Shown: piece by piece, positions 39,001-52,110 of the stretch
How the letters are laid out: each line of letters begins with the position of its first letter
Position numbering within the stretch: position 1 is the stretch's first letter
Origin: Felis catus
Lineage: Eukaryota
NCBI RefSeq assembly: GCF_018350175.1
Contig: NC_058368.1
Span: 232,130,001 to 232,194,000 of the forward strand
Reading direction: 5' to 3'
Length of the DNA stretch: 64,000 nucleotides
Notes under the pieces: model-generated
Seen by the model: only the letters and a program-made list of their open reading frames with translations
Told to the model about the DNA's origin: nothing
Databases searched by the model: none
Made by a program: the position numbers and the translations under genes

Positions 39001-39869
39001 ATCCATACTTTACATCCCGTCTTCTCCTTCCTTGTTGACCAGACACCCTTGTCTCAGTTCTTTTCCGCTGTGTTCCAGAGTGATTTTCCTTCTTCATTTG
39101 AGATCGTTGCTGTACCTGTTATCCCTTCCTTTTTTCGTTGTTGTTTTCTTGTTTTTTGTTTTTGCTATGGCCTTAGATTTCTTCCTCTCGAGGGAGGACT
39201 TCCATCTTTTTATCGAACAAGCTGAAAACAGAGTTAGTGCTGCCGTATCAAGAAGGGGTCCTATTTCCGGTTGTGATTTTAGGGACCCGTTCAGTGAGGC
39301 TCTTACATTCATCTCCAGAGTTTTCAGCTGATTGAGAATCAAGGCATGGAGGGGACAGATGGAGATCAGAGGTTTGGATTTACTTGCACGAGTGGTGAGC
39401 GGGTGTGCTGGGAAACCCAGAGCTGGTGTGCTCAGTGGAGAATGTACAGACCACGACCTGCCCGCTGAGGAGGCACAAGCCTCTCATGCGGGGTCGGCAG
39501 GCAGCTCTCTCCACATCCAAGCTCCCACTTTGGGGTGTGGGAATCCCGGGGCCTTTTGACTGAAGATGCGGTTTCGTGATGCTCACTCACAGAAGTAAAG
39601 CAACAGGGCTTATGACTTACACATCTCAGATGGTCACTCCACTAACAGCTACTCACATATGATGATAACCAGAGCTTGCTTCTTTGTCTTAGAGATTCTT
39701 TGGTTTGGGCCAACATTTTTGCTTGGAGAGAGAAGGGTCTCAGCAGGCGAGGTGTGGAAGATAGATAGTACCTATTAACTACGATCGGCACAATTTTTGT
39801 GTTCAGATTCGGTGCTGGGGATCAATTTGTGCCCAGGACCACTTGCCCACACACAGACGGGGCCCTTTC

Positions 39870-40243
39870 CATAGTTCAGCTAGTTACTTTATATCGGGAA
39901 AACTTGGTGGTCTTCGAAGACTCGGGGAGGGGACCCTTCCTTGCCTTTTCCAGCTCTGGTGGCCCCAGGTATCCCTCACCTTAGGACCACATCACTCCAG
40001 TCTTTGCCTCTGGGTTCACATGGTCTTGTCTCTGTGTATCTTTGCGTCTTCACTTGGCCGCCTTCATGTAAGAACCGGTCGTACTGGATTAGGGGCCCCC
40101 CATACTCCAGTGTGACCTCATCTCAACTAATCCTATCTATCATGACCCTGTTTCCAAGTAAGATCACATTTACAGGTACTGAAGGTGAAGACTTCCAACA
40201 TTTCTTTTTTGGGGGGAGGGGTGGATCCTATTCAAGCTCTAAC
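39870..40243 (-). mobile_element. MaLR LTR (MLT1B/C-like, internally deleted)
   Basis: ccttccttgccttttccagctctggtggcccc...ggattaggggcccccc.tactccagtgtgacctcatct...accctgtttccaagtaagatcacatt. Confidence 0.8.
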
Positions 40244-41719
40244 GGTGCCCTGATCAGGAAATGCTCAAATGTTGACATCTTAAGCTCCTGCACCTTATTT
40301 CTGATGGGAGTCCTACCTCTCCATCTGTGCTAGGGGTGGGTACATCCTCTGCCCACTCCTTAGTCTCCTTGACTAAGCACACAGTGCTGTCTTCGCTTTA
40401 CCGAAGGCACAGCTGTTTGTCATCTGTCTCTTCCTTGCGTCCACTTACACCTTCTCTGTCCACAGTGCCTCTCTCCTCCATCCCATGGTCTCTGGGGCAG
40501 GAGTGCCCCCTCCTAAGCAGCATACTGAAATGGATTGGATCTCGCTTATTCTGAGTCGGAACTATTCCCTCTAAGGACTGTAGTGAAGTCTTAACAGAAA
40601 CAAGTGCACTGACGCTCCGGTCTAAGCACACAGGCACAAAGGATGTTCTTTAGGATTTCAGGACATGTAGACAGAGCACAACAGGCCAGGGACCTTTGGC
40701 CACCCGGCCTCTCAGGAACCTCTGTACTTCAGGGTTTATCTTCAGCCAGATGGTGACATTGGGCTGTCCAGGCTCACTTCCTGCCAGGATACAAGGAGCC
40801 CTGAGTGAGGACCCACCGAGCCTTGAATGTCCCCAGGGACCTAGCACAAGCACCTGCTATAGTTCCAGCAATTTTCCTTGAGCAAGTTAAGCCCCTTGGA
40901 TCAAATACCAGATTTCCAGATACGGTTTCTTATTACACCCCCAACACTGTGAGTGTACCCCAATGAAGGGGTGTCTTAGCTGCACCCCTGCACCTGTGCA
41001 ACAAGTCCCGGCTGGTGAGACGTTCTCTCAGCAAGGGCTGGCGTGGAGCAGGGGAGCTGGCTGGCTACGGACACTTTCACCCGGTTTGCCTCTTCTCTCT
41101 TTCGCAGCCTGTGCGGTCCGGCTGCACCTGCTCTTTCTGCCCCAACTCCTCCTACTTCCTCCATGTGCACGGTTGGTGTCCTTGAGGGGCAAGTGTGAAG
41201 TGTGTGCCTTCCTCACCACGTTCCTTCGCACATGCTACCCATGCAGTCCTCACTTCCCTTGCCTCCTCCCAGATCCTGGCCCCTCTTAGCTCTAGTTAGA
41301 GTTTTGGTTGGACCTCCCGTCCCTTCTTGGGATGACGCAGGACTGTGTTGGAGCTCTCGGACATTCTCCTGCCGGAAACCCACAGAGTCCCATTCCACCT
41401 GCAGAGAAGGCCGAAGCCCGACCCGTGGCCTCCTGTTTCCTGTGTCCTCACTCCTCCCCCCCCCCCCTTGCTCCCTCTGCTTTGGCCTCTTAAATGTTGC
41501 AACGTGCCGCTGGCTCTCTGCTCTTTCCCAGAGATCCGCGAAGAGCCAGGGAATAAACATCTCAAGCTTTACAGTCAACTTTGTCCCCATTGGAGCTTTT
41601 CAGTTCTGTCCTCATCGCAGCCATTGCCAGTGCTTACCTGATCACAGGTGGCTGCGTGCTCATAATACTTTATTTATAGTTAGTGGGTAGGATTGGCCAG
41701 AAGACTAGTTTGCTGGCTC

Positions 41720-42240
41720 CTGTTCTATCTAGAAAGCTCTTTACCCCCCCAAGAGCCAGCTGGCCAACTGGCTTAGCTCCTTCCAGTCTTTGCTCAGATG
41801 GGGTTCTCTATGGGACGTCCCCCGATCACTTTATTTGAAGTGATGGTCTCTCCCATCTTGCCCGCTTTGTCCCCCTTACCATGCTCAGCTTTTATCCTTA
41901 ACCCTTATGCCGTTCAGTGCTTGTCTCCTTCCTCCCCTAGAATGGAGGTTCCCCATTGGCTGGGCTAATGTGTTTTGTTCACTGATGTGTCCAGCATGCT
42001 TTCAACAGTGCTTGGCACATAGTAAACACCGTAAATTTTTTTCCTTATTTGAGAGCGAGAGAGCAAGGGAGGGGCAGAGGGGGAAAGAGAATCTTAAGCA
42101 GGCTTCAGCACAGAGCCTGACGTGGGCTTGATCTCACGACCCACGACTGTGAGATCGTGACCTGAGCCAAAATCAAGAGCCTCAACTGACTGAGCCACCT
42201 GGGTGCCCCGACACCCATAAATATTTTTTAAATGAATGAA
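41720..42240 (+). mobile_element. L2 3' end interrupted by a CAN-SINE
   Basis: cctagaatggaggttcc...tgttttgttcactgatgtgtcc...aacagtgcttggcacatagta, then the SINE, then ataaatattttttaaatgaatgaa. Confidence 0.75.
42035..42209 (-). mobile_element. CAN-SINE
   Basis: gagagcaagggaggggcagag...gagatcgtgacctgagcc...gagccacctgggtgcccc. Confidence 0.9.
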
Positions 42241-43058
42241 TTATTGGATGAGTCATTGGCTTCTGTGTCCACCCCTCACCCCCAAGTTTCTGACTTGCTC
42301 AAGCGCAGGAATGATATGTGGGCCATCTTTGTGCCCTGGGTTATCTCACTTTGTGCTTGAAACACAGTTGATGCCCTGTTAGTATTTGTTGAATGATTGG
42401 GAGAGAAGTGCGTTTCAAAATAGTAGAAATAGGAATGATGTTGTTACCCCATGGGAACATGCCGTACGACTTGTAACCCAGAATTTAAAAAAAAAATAGA
42501 TTTGTATGTTTGAAACTGATTCAGTCCCAAACATTTGAGAAAACTCTTCCTTTGTCTCTCATTTAGACACTCATTTTCAACCATTATTTATTCAGTCAGT
42601 TGTCAGAGGCAATGCAATCGATTGGATGGTGTTCTGGAGGAATTTGAAGCGTTGAGTTATGTGTGTGGTAATGAATGTAAGTTTCAACATCAGATTTATC
42701 CCCTCGTGCCCAAATCTCTCTTAGAACAAATTTATGTGTTTAGAGAAAGACCTTAACAGCTTTGATGCATTAAAATACTAATCGTTAATAACGCTTATTA
42801 AATGATTACTGTAAGGAAGGATGGTAAATGTTTAATGGTCAATGACTAAAATAGAGAAGCTGTAAAACTTGCCTCTAAGAAATTGGCAATGAAATTGGGG
42901 AAACAGTAAACGTATGAAAAGGGGGAAAATGAAATTTTCAAATTAATAGCATGCAAGTTGAGTTTGTGGGTTCCAAGGGAACTATGTGCTTTCATATAGA
43001 AAAAAAAAAACAAAAACCTTGGTAAGAACTTGGAAAAACTAATTCATAAATGAGCCTT

Positions 43059-43220
43059 GGAGCACCTGGGTGACTCAGTAGGCTGAACATCAGACTCTTG
43101 AGTTCGTCTCAAGTCATGATCACAGGGTATTGGGATCAAGCCCCAAGTTGGGCTCTGCACTAACAGTGGGGCGCCTGCTTGGAATTTTCTCTCTCTCCTT
43201 CTCTCTCTGCCCCTCCCCCA

Positions 43221-43260
<40 letters not shown>

Positions 43261-43280
43261 AGCAAACAAACAAATAAATA
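43059..43280 (+). mobile_element. CAN-SINE
   Basis: ggagcacctgggtgactcag head, (CT)n tract and A-rich tail. TSD-like aaat(g/a)agcct. Confidence 0.9.
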
Positions 43281-44030
43281 AGCCTCAATAACTCAGCATG
43301 GACACCTACGTGGACACATCTTATTAGCACTCGGTGACCCTCGCGTTGTCCTTCTCTGGGGGGAGGTGCTTGCCTGTCTGTGGGGTTGCCCGGATGAGAT
43401 CCGCACCTCCTTCTATTTCTGTGGATTCCAACCATGACCTCATGTGGAAGCAGACGGGCCTGACATCACAGGACTTCCCATCTTAACAATGTCATTTCAT
43501 AGGAGCTTTTATGTTTCTAGCCAACAAAACACTTTTTGTAACAGCTTTAACTTTTCCTGGTTCGAAATAGTCCTTTAATGATGTTCTTCACCCATTAAAT
43601 AGACTGTTTGAGGTCCTTAAAATACAATGATTAACCTCCTAATGATTAAGGATAATCTACTTGGAGGGAGAAAATCCCCTCTGTGCCGAACTCGAGGAGA
43701 AATTGTTTCTCCTAACCGTGAAGACAGGTGCCTGTAGAGGACCTCAGCGCTTTACTCTGGGACCAGATGCCGCGTCTCCGAGAGCCAGGCATGGCCAGGT
43801 CAGAGTGACTCTTTTGGGCTCGCCCTGGGGACAGTGAGTTTGCTTTTGGCAGTGTCTCCACAGCAGAGTCCCTGAGGGTGTGAATCATCTGCTCTAGGGG
43901 CTCCCTGGATGGACGACATTTGCTTGAGCAGGAAATTCATAAATGGAAGCAGCGTTCACAGAACAAGCCCAAAAAAGACAAGTGGAGCCTAGGGATGAAA
44001 TACAGTTGTGTAGGAAAAGTAAAGTCTTTT

Positions 44031-44245
44031 TTTAAATTATTTTTTTAATGTTTATTCATCTTTGAGAGATGGAGACAGAGCGCAAGTGAGGGAGGGGCAG
44101 AGAGAAGGAGACACAGAATCAGACGCAGGCTCCAGGCTCCGAGCTGTCAGCACAGACCCCGACGTGGGGCTCGAACTCACGAACCGTGAGATCATGACCC
44201 GAGCCCAAGTTGGACGCTTAACCGACTGAGCCACCCTGGCGCCCC
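44031..44245 (-). mobile_element. CAN-SINE
   Basis: Full SINE with TSD agtaaagtcttt. Confidence 0.94.
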
Positions 44246-45830
44246 AGTAAAGTCTTTATCAAGGAAAAGAAGCTTAGTAAAGCCAGAACAGAAATCACGA
44301 TTGTATAGTCAAGAGTCTACCCACATATTACGCAAGCATCTGGCTAAAGCCTGTCACCTAACGTGTGACGTTGCAGCTGCTAGAGGACGTTGAGTAGTGG
44401 GCTTAGAGCACACGGGCAGTAGGGTGACATGTGAGCCAGCGCAATTAGAACACGCAAGCCGTCAGGTGACATGTGACCCAGCGCGATGAGCTGCCTTTTC
44501 TAACTGGTGAGACGTCAGGTCGATTGCCCATCTCGTGCGGGGTGCGGGTATATTGGAAATAGTGTGGTGAACACAAAGGGTTGATTATCTTCATGGGGTT
44601 ACGGCGGCTGTAACTTGTCAGGTGGAAGGGAGACGACGTTGTTGGTATTTTACAGAGGAGCAAGTGGGGGTCAGAGGGACCAGCCCCCCGAACCAGAGCC
44701 ATGCTGTTGATGTGTCCACGAGCCAGGATTTGAAAACAGACCCACACCAGAGCTGGCATCCTCTGCCCTCCACATTTAGTCTACACCCTAGGAAACACCA
44801 ACGTCATAACCTGCCTCCGCGTCTCTCCCGATGTCCACATTTTTATGCACACAAGAGGGATAGGAGGACCCAAGGAAGGTTGGGAGGGGTTCCTGATTGC
44901 CAAAACTTAAGAAAGGAGATGAGGTGCACGGGGATTATTAAACTCAAGCAGAAGAGTCTGTGACGTGTTTTCAAACAGTCTTTTATGGGCACAAAAGTTT
45001 AAGTGACATGAAGGAATCTGTTCTTCTTCGGCTCTTTGAAAGCAGTGTCGTGCTCTGATGGGTCTCTGTGCTGAATGCCAGAAAGTAGGGGAGCGCCGGC
45101 TCCCTTCCGTCTTGTGGGGACAGCTCTGTATTTGCCAGTCAGTCATTTGGACTTTCCAATGTACACATTTCAGAAGAGAATGGATGAACGAACCCTTCTC
45201 TCCCCTGCCAAGGTATGTTTTGGCCAAAGGCACCAACTGTATACACTAAGTCATATGGAGACCTGCATTAAACGAAACACAAATCCACACAGAGCAATTC
45301 CGTGCCATTATAGAGAATACAGTGTATTGTACAGAAAATGCTAGTGCTTATGTAACCAGGCGGGAAGGTGGTTCACTGTATTGTCTGCAGATCACGAGCA
45401 GTTTCCTTGCAACAGTCGCGGATCACTCCTGGCGTGATTATAACATCACTTCCTGTCCCTCTCAAAAGTGCTCCCGTTTGGCTCATAAGTCATATTGTCA
45501 TCCTGTTTATAAGATCCCCAGGTCTGTGTATTTCGGCAAATCTGCCTCCATATTATTCTGTTAAACTCTTTGTATGCACTCAGTGGCTTCTCACCTTTTT
45601 ATAATCCACTGCTACGTATTGGATGGTTGACTCTGTGCTCTGGGTTTCTGCCCTGCCCTGGCCCGTGTCAGCTCAGGAGACAAAGACCACGCCGTCATTC
45701 AAGTATACGTGTTCTAACTGCACACTCTTACAGCCCGGTATCTTCCTCCAGGGAGCTCTCACCGGTTTTTTTCTTTAAAACTATTTTATTAAGCATTACA
45801 ATTAAGCATTAAAATATTTTTAAGATCTTT

Positions 45831-46066
45831 GTTTTTTATTTAATGTTTATTTTTGAGAGAGAGAGAGAGCTGGGGAGGGGCAGAGAGAGCGAGACAGAGT
45901 GTGAGTAGGGGAAGGGCAGAGACAGAGGGAGACACAGAATCCGAAGCAGGCTCCAGGCTCCCAGCTGTCCGCACAGAGCCCGACACGGGGCTCGAACTCA
46001 CGAACCGTGAGATCTTGACCTGAGCCGAAGTCGGGCACTTAACCGACTGAGCCACCCAGGCGCCCC
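45831..46066 (-). mobile_element. CAN-SINE with an internal duplication in the (GA)/ggggaggggcagag segment
   Basis: Full SINE with TSD aagatcttt. Confidence 0.94.
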
Positions 46067-48501
46067 AAAGATCTTTAAATTCAAGTTAATATTCCAGTTT
46101 TTAAAAATTCCGAAGTTTTCATGCACGATTCTTCAGGTGAAAGGATCCATTCCTAAGAGAAGTGAGCCGCCGCTTTGACTATAATCAGGAGAAAATGAAC
46201 TTGGTAGATTGAAACTTGCTGCTTGGAAAGTGTTCAGAAATCCATATTCGCACAGTCAGTCTGAACGAATCGAGCCTAGGGGTGTGTGATGCGGCAGATG
46301 CTTCGAGGAGAAGGGCTGCGGAGGCTTGGTGCTTGGAACGGAGTGAAGAACATTCAAGGGTGTCTGTGTCCCTTGGAGCGAGAGCATGGAGACCAGAGCC
46401 AGTTAAGGAAGCCCCTGCAGATGTCCAGGGAGAGTTCCGGGAGAGTCCTGGGCTGGCGGGGTGCGTGCTCACAGGGAGGGAGCAGATCTTTGGGGAGAGA
46501 CGGCCCAGGTTCCTATGCTATTAGCTGCTCTTGTGTGACTCCACAAACCCACAGAAATAACACATTTGCAGCAGGTCATATTCCCCTTGAAGAAAGAAGG
46601 AATCAAGTTTGCTGGAACCACGTTTCTAGTTTTAGGCAATGCTTTTCCTCCTGCCAGGTGCTCAGTGACTGAAGGAGCTGGGGATCCGGGGCTCACTTTG
46701 CTCTCAGTGACCACCAAGGACACGCTGCCACCACGGGACACACACGGGAGAGTGGGTCATGAACTTCTCTTTCAAACCCCTCAGTGCCTCTCCAGTGGCA
46801 GTTGAAATGCAAACGGTTTGGGTTTGCTGGGTTGCTGTCCTGGCCCTTCTCCTGTCTCCTGATTCCTTCATCCCAACACTGGTCCATCCTGTTCCTGGCC
46901 GCTCTGAGGGTCCTCTCTCAGTGGCTGTCTCTCCAGCTCTTGGCCTGGTGTCCCCTCGCAGCCTGACTTCTGCCTTTTCCCTGGTCCTCTCCTTTCTGAC
47001 CCTTGAATTCACCCCCATTGTTCTTGTCGTCCTTGTGATGACTTGTCGGTCTGTGTTGTTTGTTTCTTCATTCTGTCCCCCAGGGCATGGGCTGTATCTG
47101 TCACTTTACCACGTCTACGCACCCAGTGCCCGGCACGGTCCCCCCAGTAGGTGGTACGTGCCTGGTGATGGAGGAGTGCTGGCATTCAAGGCTCTGTCTA
47201 CAGCACCTCGACGTTTCGTGCCAAATCTGCTGATGGGAACAAAGACCCTGATTTGATATACAGAATGCAAAGCTTGTGATTGAGCTTGTTCAATAAATAC
47301 TGGCGATAATGTTTACCAATATGTATGTTAATATTAATTTATGTATTTTGTATGTACATATATATTTATTATATTTTTTATTTACAGATGCAAATGATGA
47401 TCTGTATTTTGATGATTAGCCATTAGGCGCTAGGCAATGGATGTGCATTGCCTTTGGTTCCCCCAGTGATACATATTGGGCATCGTTAACCACCTTTCTA
47501 AAAGGGAGGGAACAGGGTGCTGTTAAATAACTTGGCTAAGTTCACACAGCCAGTAGGTGGAAGTGTTGAGCCATATATACATATGCCTCAATACTATATG
47601 TATATACATGTACATGATACACATACACACATACATACACAGACAGACATGTATTATCTGCCCATCTGTATGTCTGTCTTTTACTGGAAATCTTAGGGAG
47701 AGCTTTAGCACCTCAGTGGCTTTTAAACCACACTGTGCTTAATTTCATTTAATTTTAGTTTAATTATCCATGCTTACTAAATACCTAGATGAAAGTAGTT
47801 TACTCTGGAACACTCTGCAGCACATTTTCATGTAGCCGTAACAAAGGGAGAGGTGCCTAGTAAGAGAGTGTATGGAACTTAGGAATATATATATGAAAAT
47901 GGTTTGGGTCGTGACTGACCCTCCAAAATCAGGGAATTAAAAATATCTGGCTCACCGTGTCACGTCTAAAGATTGTTTCCACTAACTCCTTTTCTTTTTG
48001 TGGAATAGCTTGCTATTTTAAAAACTCGACGTGGCTTTATGTTTCCTACATTTTGATCACCTGTAAGCTTAGCATTTGCATGTTTGATAATTCATTATCA
48101 TTATGTGAGGTTCTACTAAATATAAGTTATTAAGAGGGACATCAAAAGTAAATGATGAAATGATGTAGGCATCGTTTATTGGGATCTTACCCCACACCAG
48201 TCTCTTTAATCCTTATGGCGAAGTAGGTCTTTTGGGCCCTGAATTGTCGTCTAGGATGAAAGAGCATTCCAGATGTCTTTGATCCAGCCCAGGGTTTCAA
48301 TCTGGGATGGGGAGAGCCACAACCCACATGGGCCCCATGCCCAGGCATTTTCTAGTCTGCCTTGGGCAAGTGTATTGCAAGGTGGCCTTTGATTGAGAAA
48401 GGATTTATGATAGATTGTGATTCTAGTAACATTTTTGTAGAGTTGGAAAATCGGAATTCCTTTCTTCCACATCCATTCTCGTCAATGTGGACAAATATTT
48501 C

Positions 48502-48707
48502 TTTTTCTTTTTTTTTTTTTTTTTGAGAGACAGAGATAGGGCATGAGTGGGGGGAGGGGCAGAGAGAGAAGGAGACAGAGAATCTGAAGCAGGTTCCAGG
48601 CTCGGCTGTCGGCACAGAGCTTGACACGGGGCTTGAACTCATGAAACACAAGATCTTGACCTGAGCCGAAGTCGGACGCTCAACTGAATGAGCCACCCAG
48701 GTGCCCC
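48502..48707 (-). mobile_element. CAN-SINE
   Basis: Full SINE with TSD aaatatttct. Confidence 0.93.
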
Positions 48708-50261
48708 AAGAAATATTTCTATATGAAGAAACTGCTAATGATCTGGTCACTCCTGAACATGAGGCACCTCCAGCCTGATGCAGTAGGTGTTGCAATAGAA
48801 AGAATATAGAAAGGAAGGATCCATATTGACGTTCAGCATCTGATTTTACATGGTCCAGATCTTCTAGAAAATGTTGAAGCTTTTGTTCTTCTCATTACTC
48901 ATGTTTGTCCTATTATGAATCTCTTCTCTTACCCCTATCTGCATGGCCACTAATAAGTAAACGTAGAAAATAAAAGTCCTGGTATCACGAACCATATCTC
49001 CTCTTGCGACGTGACAGATTTTGTAACATGCTCTGTAATCCGTAACTCAGTATGTTTTCTAAACATGAGAAAAAAACCAGCTTCTCCATGCATAGATTTA
49101 TGGTAAGCTGACATATACTCATGTCGTTTTTTTTTCTGAATTAGCAGCACACCTACTATTCGTGTAGAGCTCTAATGACAGTAAAGAATAAAGGACCGCT
49201 CAGATCTCTCTTTCACGCACTCACATTCATTGTAGAAAGAAGGCAGGGCCTGATTTATGACTTGTTCAGTTCACTCAGGAGCGACAGATCACTGGTTTGT
49301 GGTGAATTGCATTTTAACAAGAGACAGAACTTAAATAATGGGAGGGAAACAATGTGCATCTTGTTGTAGCGCCTGGTGAGATTCAAACATCCCCTGCCTC
49401 CAGATTGATATCTGCAAATGGGAGAGAGACGTGGCTGTCTGTCTAACAACGATCCCTGCTTTTGTATTGTCTTTGGAGAAGGAGCAGGATGCTGGCCGAG
49501 TTTCAAAGGGCTCTGCTTTCCAGGAGACGGGGCTTCCTGATCTGACGGCAGTTCACACAGTCAGGGACCCATCCCCATCCTGAAGGACCACTGCAGGACG
49601 GCAGGATGCGTCTCCAAGTGTCGCTTAGCTCCCTGACTAAATTGACCCGCAGCCCGTGCTGGGTTAGAGAACAGCGTCTGCTACACATTGAACACAAGTT
49701 CTTCCCCGGTTTCTCGGCGGGAAATAATGCGTTCGAGCGTTTCCGTCTGAAATGCGCTCTGTCATCCTATCGCAGAATTGTTTCAGGGTGGTTTGGAGAG
49801 ACGGTGGAGGTTCTCTGTGGGAAGAGGAGGCTGTGGGCCAGTCTGCATGGTGTTACCCAGTCTTCCCCTTCGAGCAGAAATCTGAGTGACGTGGTCCGGT
49901 GGGGCAGACTATGAACGTGGCCTCGATGCCCCAACAGGCACTCGCGGGCTCTCTGGGGCGGTGGTGGCGCCACCTGAAATAGCATCTCTGGAGCCGGACA
50001 AACGCTTCCCAGCAGGATTCTTGCTTAATAAGCCCTTGGATTGTTGCCTCCTTCCTCCTGCTTTTCCTTCCCTCTGTCATTCCTGATGTCCCTGATAGCT
50101 GCAGGGTAAGTTTCATCTGGGCATTTGTCTTTCTGAGAAAACCTGCTCCCCGCTTTGGTTTCTAAAGCATTTTCCGGAACACTAACTTTTATTCTTGAAT
50201 ACGGTTAACGCAGAGTCAATTATTCCCTCGTAGTCCGTTGTTTTTGTTTGTTTGTTTGTTT

Positions 50262-50480
50262 CAGTGTAGTGTAACGGTAAGTGCCTACGCTCTGTGGTCA
50301 GACTGTCCAGATCCAGGACATAACCCCCCACCCCATGCCCATTGCTAGTTGTGTGAGCTTGGACAGATTACCCATGAGTAATAACACAGCACCTACCTCT
50401 ATGGTTCTTGTGAGTTGAATGAGCAGAGGAGTATGAAGAACCGAGCATAGAGCCTGGCACGGGAGCCTTAGCATTCTGTA
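50262..50480 (+). mobile_element. MIR
   Basis: cagtgtagtgtaacggtaag...tagttgtgtgagcttggaca...taataacacagcacctacctc..ggttcttgtgag...agcatagagcctggcac. Confidence 0.7.
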
Positions 50481-50714
50481 GCTGTTTTTTAAGATTAATA
50501 GACTCAACCTTGACTGGAAGAAACCATGAAAGATCACTTTTACCTTTGTCTCTTCTCACATTCTGTTTTGCCCAGTAGCAGGAGTAGGTCTCCGTGAGGG
50601 TGTTTTCATAAATCCTGTGGACTTTGCCCAACCTCATCCACACGTGTTAGTAACTGTGGCCCTAGACTGGACACATCCAGTCCTCCACCTTCTTTCTTTG
50701 TTTTCTCCATTTTA

Positions 50715-50935
50715 TTTATCTTTTAAGTTTATTTATTTATTTATTTTGAGGAAGAGGGGGGGGGAAGCATGAGCAGGGAAGAGGCAGAGAGAGAGGGGGA
50801 GAGAAAATCCCAAGCAGGCTCCGTACCGTCAGCGCAAAGCCCGAGGCAGGGCTTGAACTCATGAGCCGTGAGATCATGACCTGAGCCGAAACCCAAGAGT
50901 CAGACGCTTAACTGACTGAGCCACCGAGGCGCCCC
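50715..50935 (-). mobile_element. CAN-SINE
   Basis: Full SINE with TSD tgttttc(t/c)ccatttta. Confidence 0.93.
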
Positions 50936-52025
50936 TGTTTTCCCCATTTTAGATAAGCTTTGTGGTCCTTGTTGGTGATGATGATGATCGGGACGATGTT
51001 TTTTTTTTTGTTTTGTTTTTAGTACAACGATCAAACTGTACCACCTGGTTGGAGTGCCTGGGTGCAGGACGCGTTCTGAAACGATTTAGTCTTCCCTTTC
51101 GAATTAAACATAGGGGTGAATGTTTTCTTCAGGAACCAAATACAGTTTGGCACTTGTTCCATATCTTTGCTTTTGGGGTCTCCTTCAATGAGTAATTCTC
51201 TTTTGGAGGCTCGGTGAACACAGATTCAAAAAGCTCCCCAATATTTGGCTGTGTGTTCCCAGAACACCGGTCAGAGATGTGTATCCTCCTGCTTTGTGAG
51301 CATCTCTCTCCGGTATTAAAGCATACCGTACAGACAATGTAACCGAGTTCCATCTCCCACATTGTAATGCAGCCCAGTTTTCTTTCTATCCATTTCAGGT
51401 TAAAGCAGCTGTGACATAATAGCATGTTTGGCAGTTTATAAATGAAAATCAGTTCTTTTTGAGTTCTCTATTACTTCATGTGCTTAAATGACTTAACAAT
51501 ATCATGGACTGGGGAGGAGGACACGTTGCATGTACAACTTATACAACTTAAAGAATATTGTTACAGCTCTACAATGGAAAGTTGAATTAAAGTGAGACAT
51601 TCGGGGGTGATATCCAATATATGTGTTACTTGAAACCTGGCGACAGCTTTCTGGACAGGATGGTAGTGTAGTCAGTGCCACCTCTCAATCAGTGTCCGCA
51701 TTTCACATTGGAGGTGGGCCTGCTGTGTGTCTCACTGTTACTAGTAATGGGTTGTCTTGTGGCCAAACATACTTTAGTCGCCGTGCCAGTAACATGTCTG
51801 CTGGAACAATCTAATTGGATCTGGCAGAGTCCAAGGCCAGTTGAATTGCCCCCTCCCCAAACTAATTGTCCCTGAAATATGTCCCTGTGGATACAGTTGT
51901 TGTGTGTATCTTTCCATTTATTTTGAACGCAAAGGTTTATCGCCATATTATCTTAATGGCCCTATAAAATTGAGACCCTGGCTAATTGAATTGTAAGCTC
52001 CTAGCAATAGAGGAAAGAGTAAGAA

Positions 52026-52110
52026 CCGAGGAGGGCACCTTTTGGGATGAGCACTGGGTGTTGTCTGGAAACCAAGTGGACAATAAATTTCATATATTGA
52101 AAAAAAAAAA
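52026..52110 (+). mobile_element. Extremely 5'-truncated feline-type L1 3' end with poly(A) and TSD
   Basis: gagggcaccttttgggatgagcactgggtgttgt.tggaaaccaa...caataaatttcatatattgaaaaaaaa matches the recalled carnivore/feline L1 3' terminus. TSD aaagagtaagaa (52014-52025 and 52108-52119). Confidence 0.85.

Noticed and set aside
38660..39331. 223-aa, 165-aa and 114-aa repetitive ORFs (MQGHLSSLACLDAGTSV...)
   Set aside because: They are translations of the stop-free 34-bp minisatellite in all three frames, with no gene structure.
49955..49980. 12-bp palindrome ggtggcgccacc resembling a CTCF core
   Set aside because: It is only a partial motif match, and a single 12-bp palindrome is expected by chance in 64 kb.
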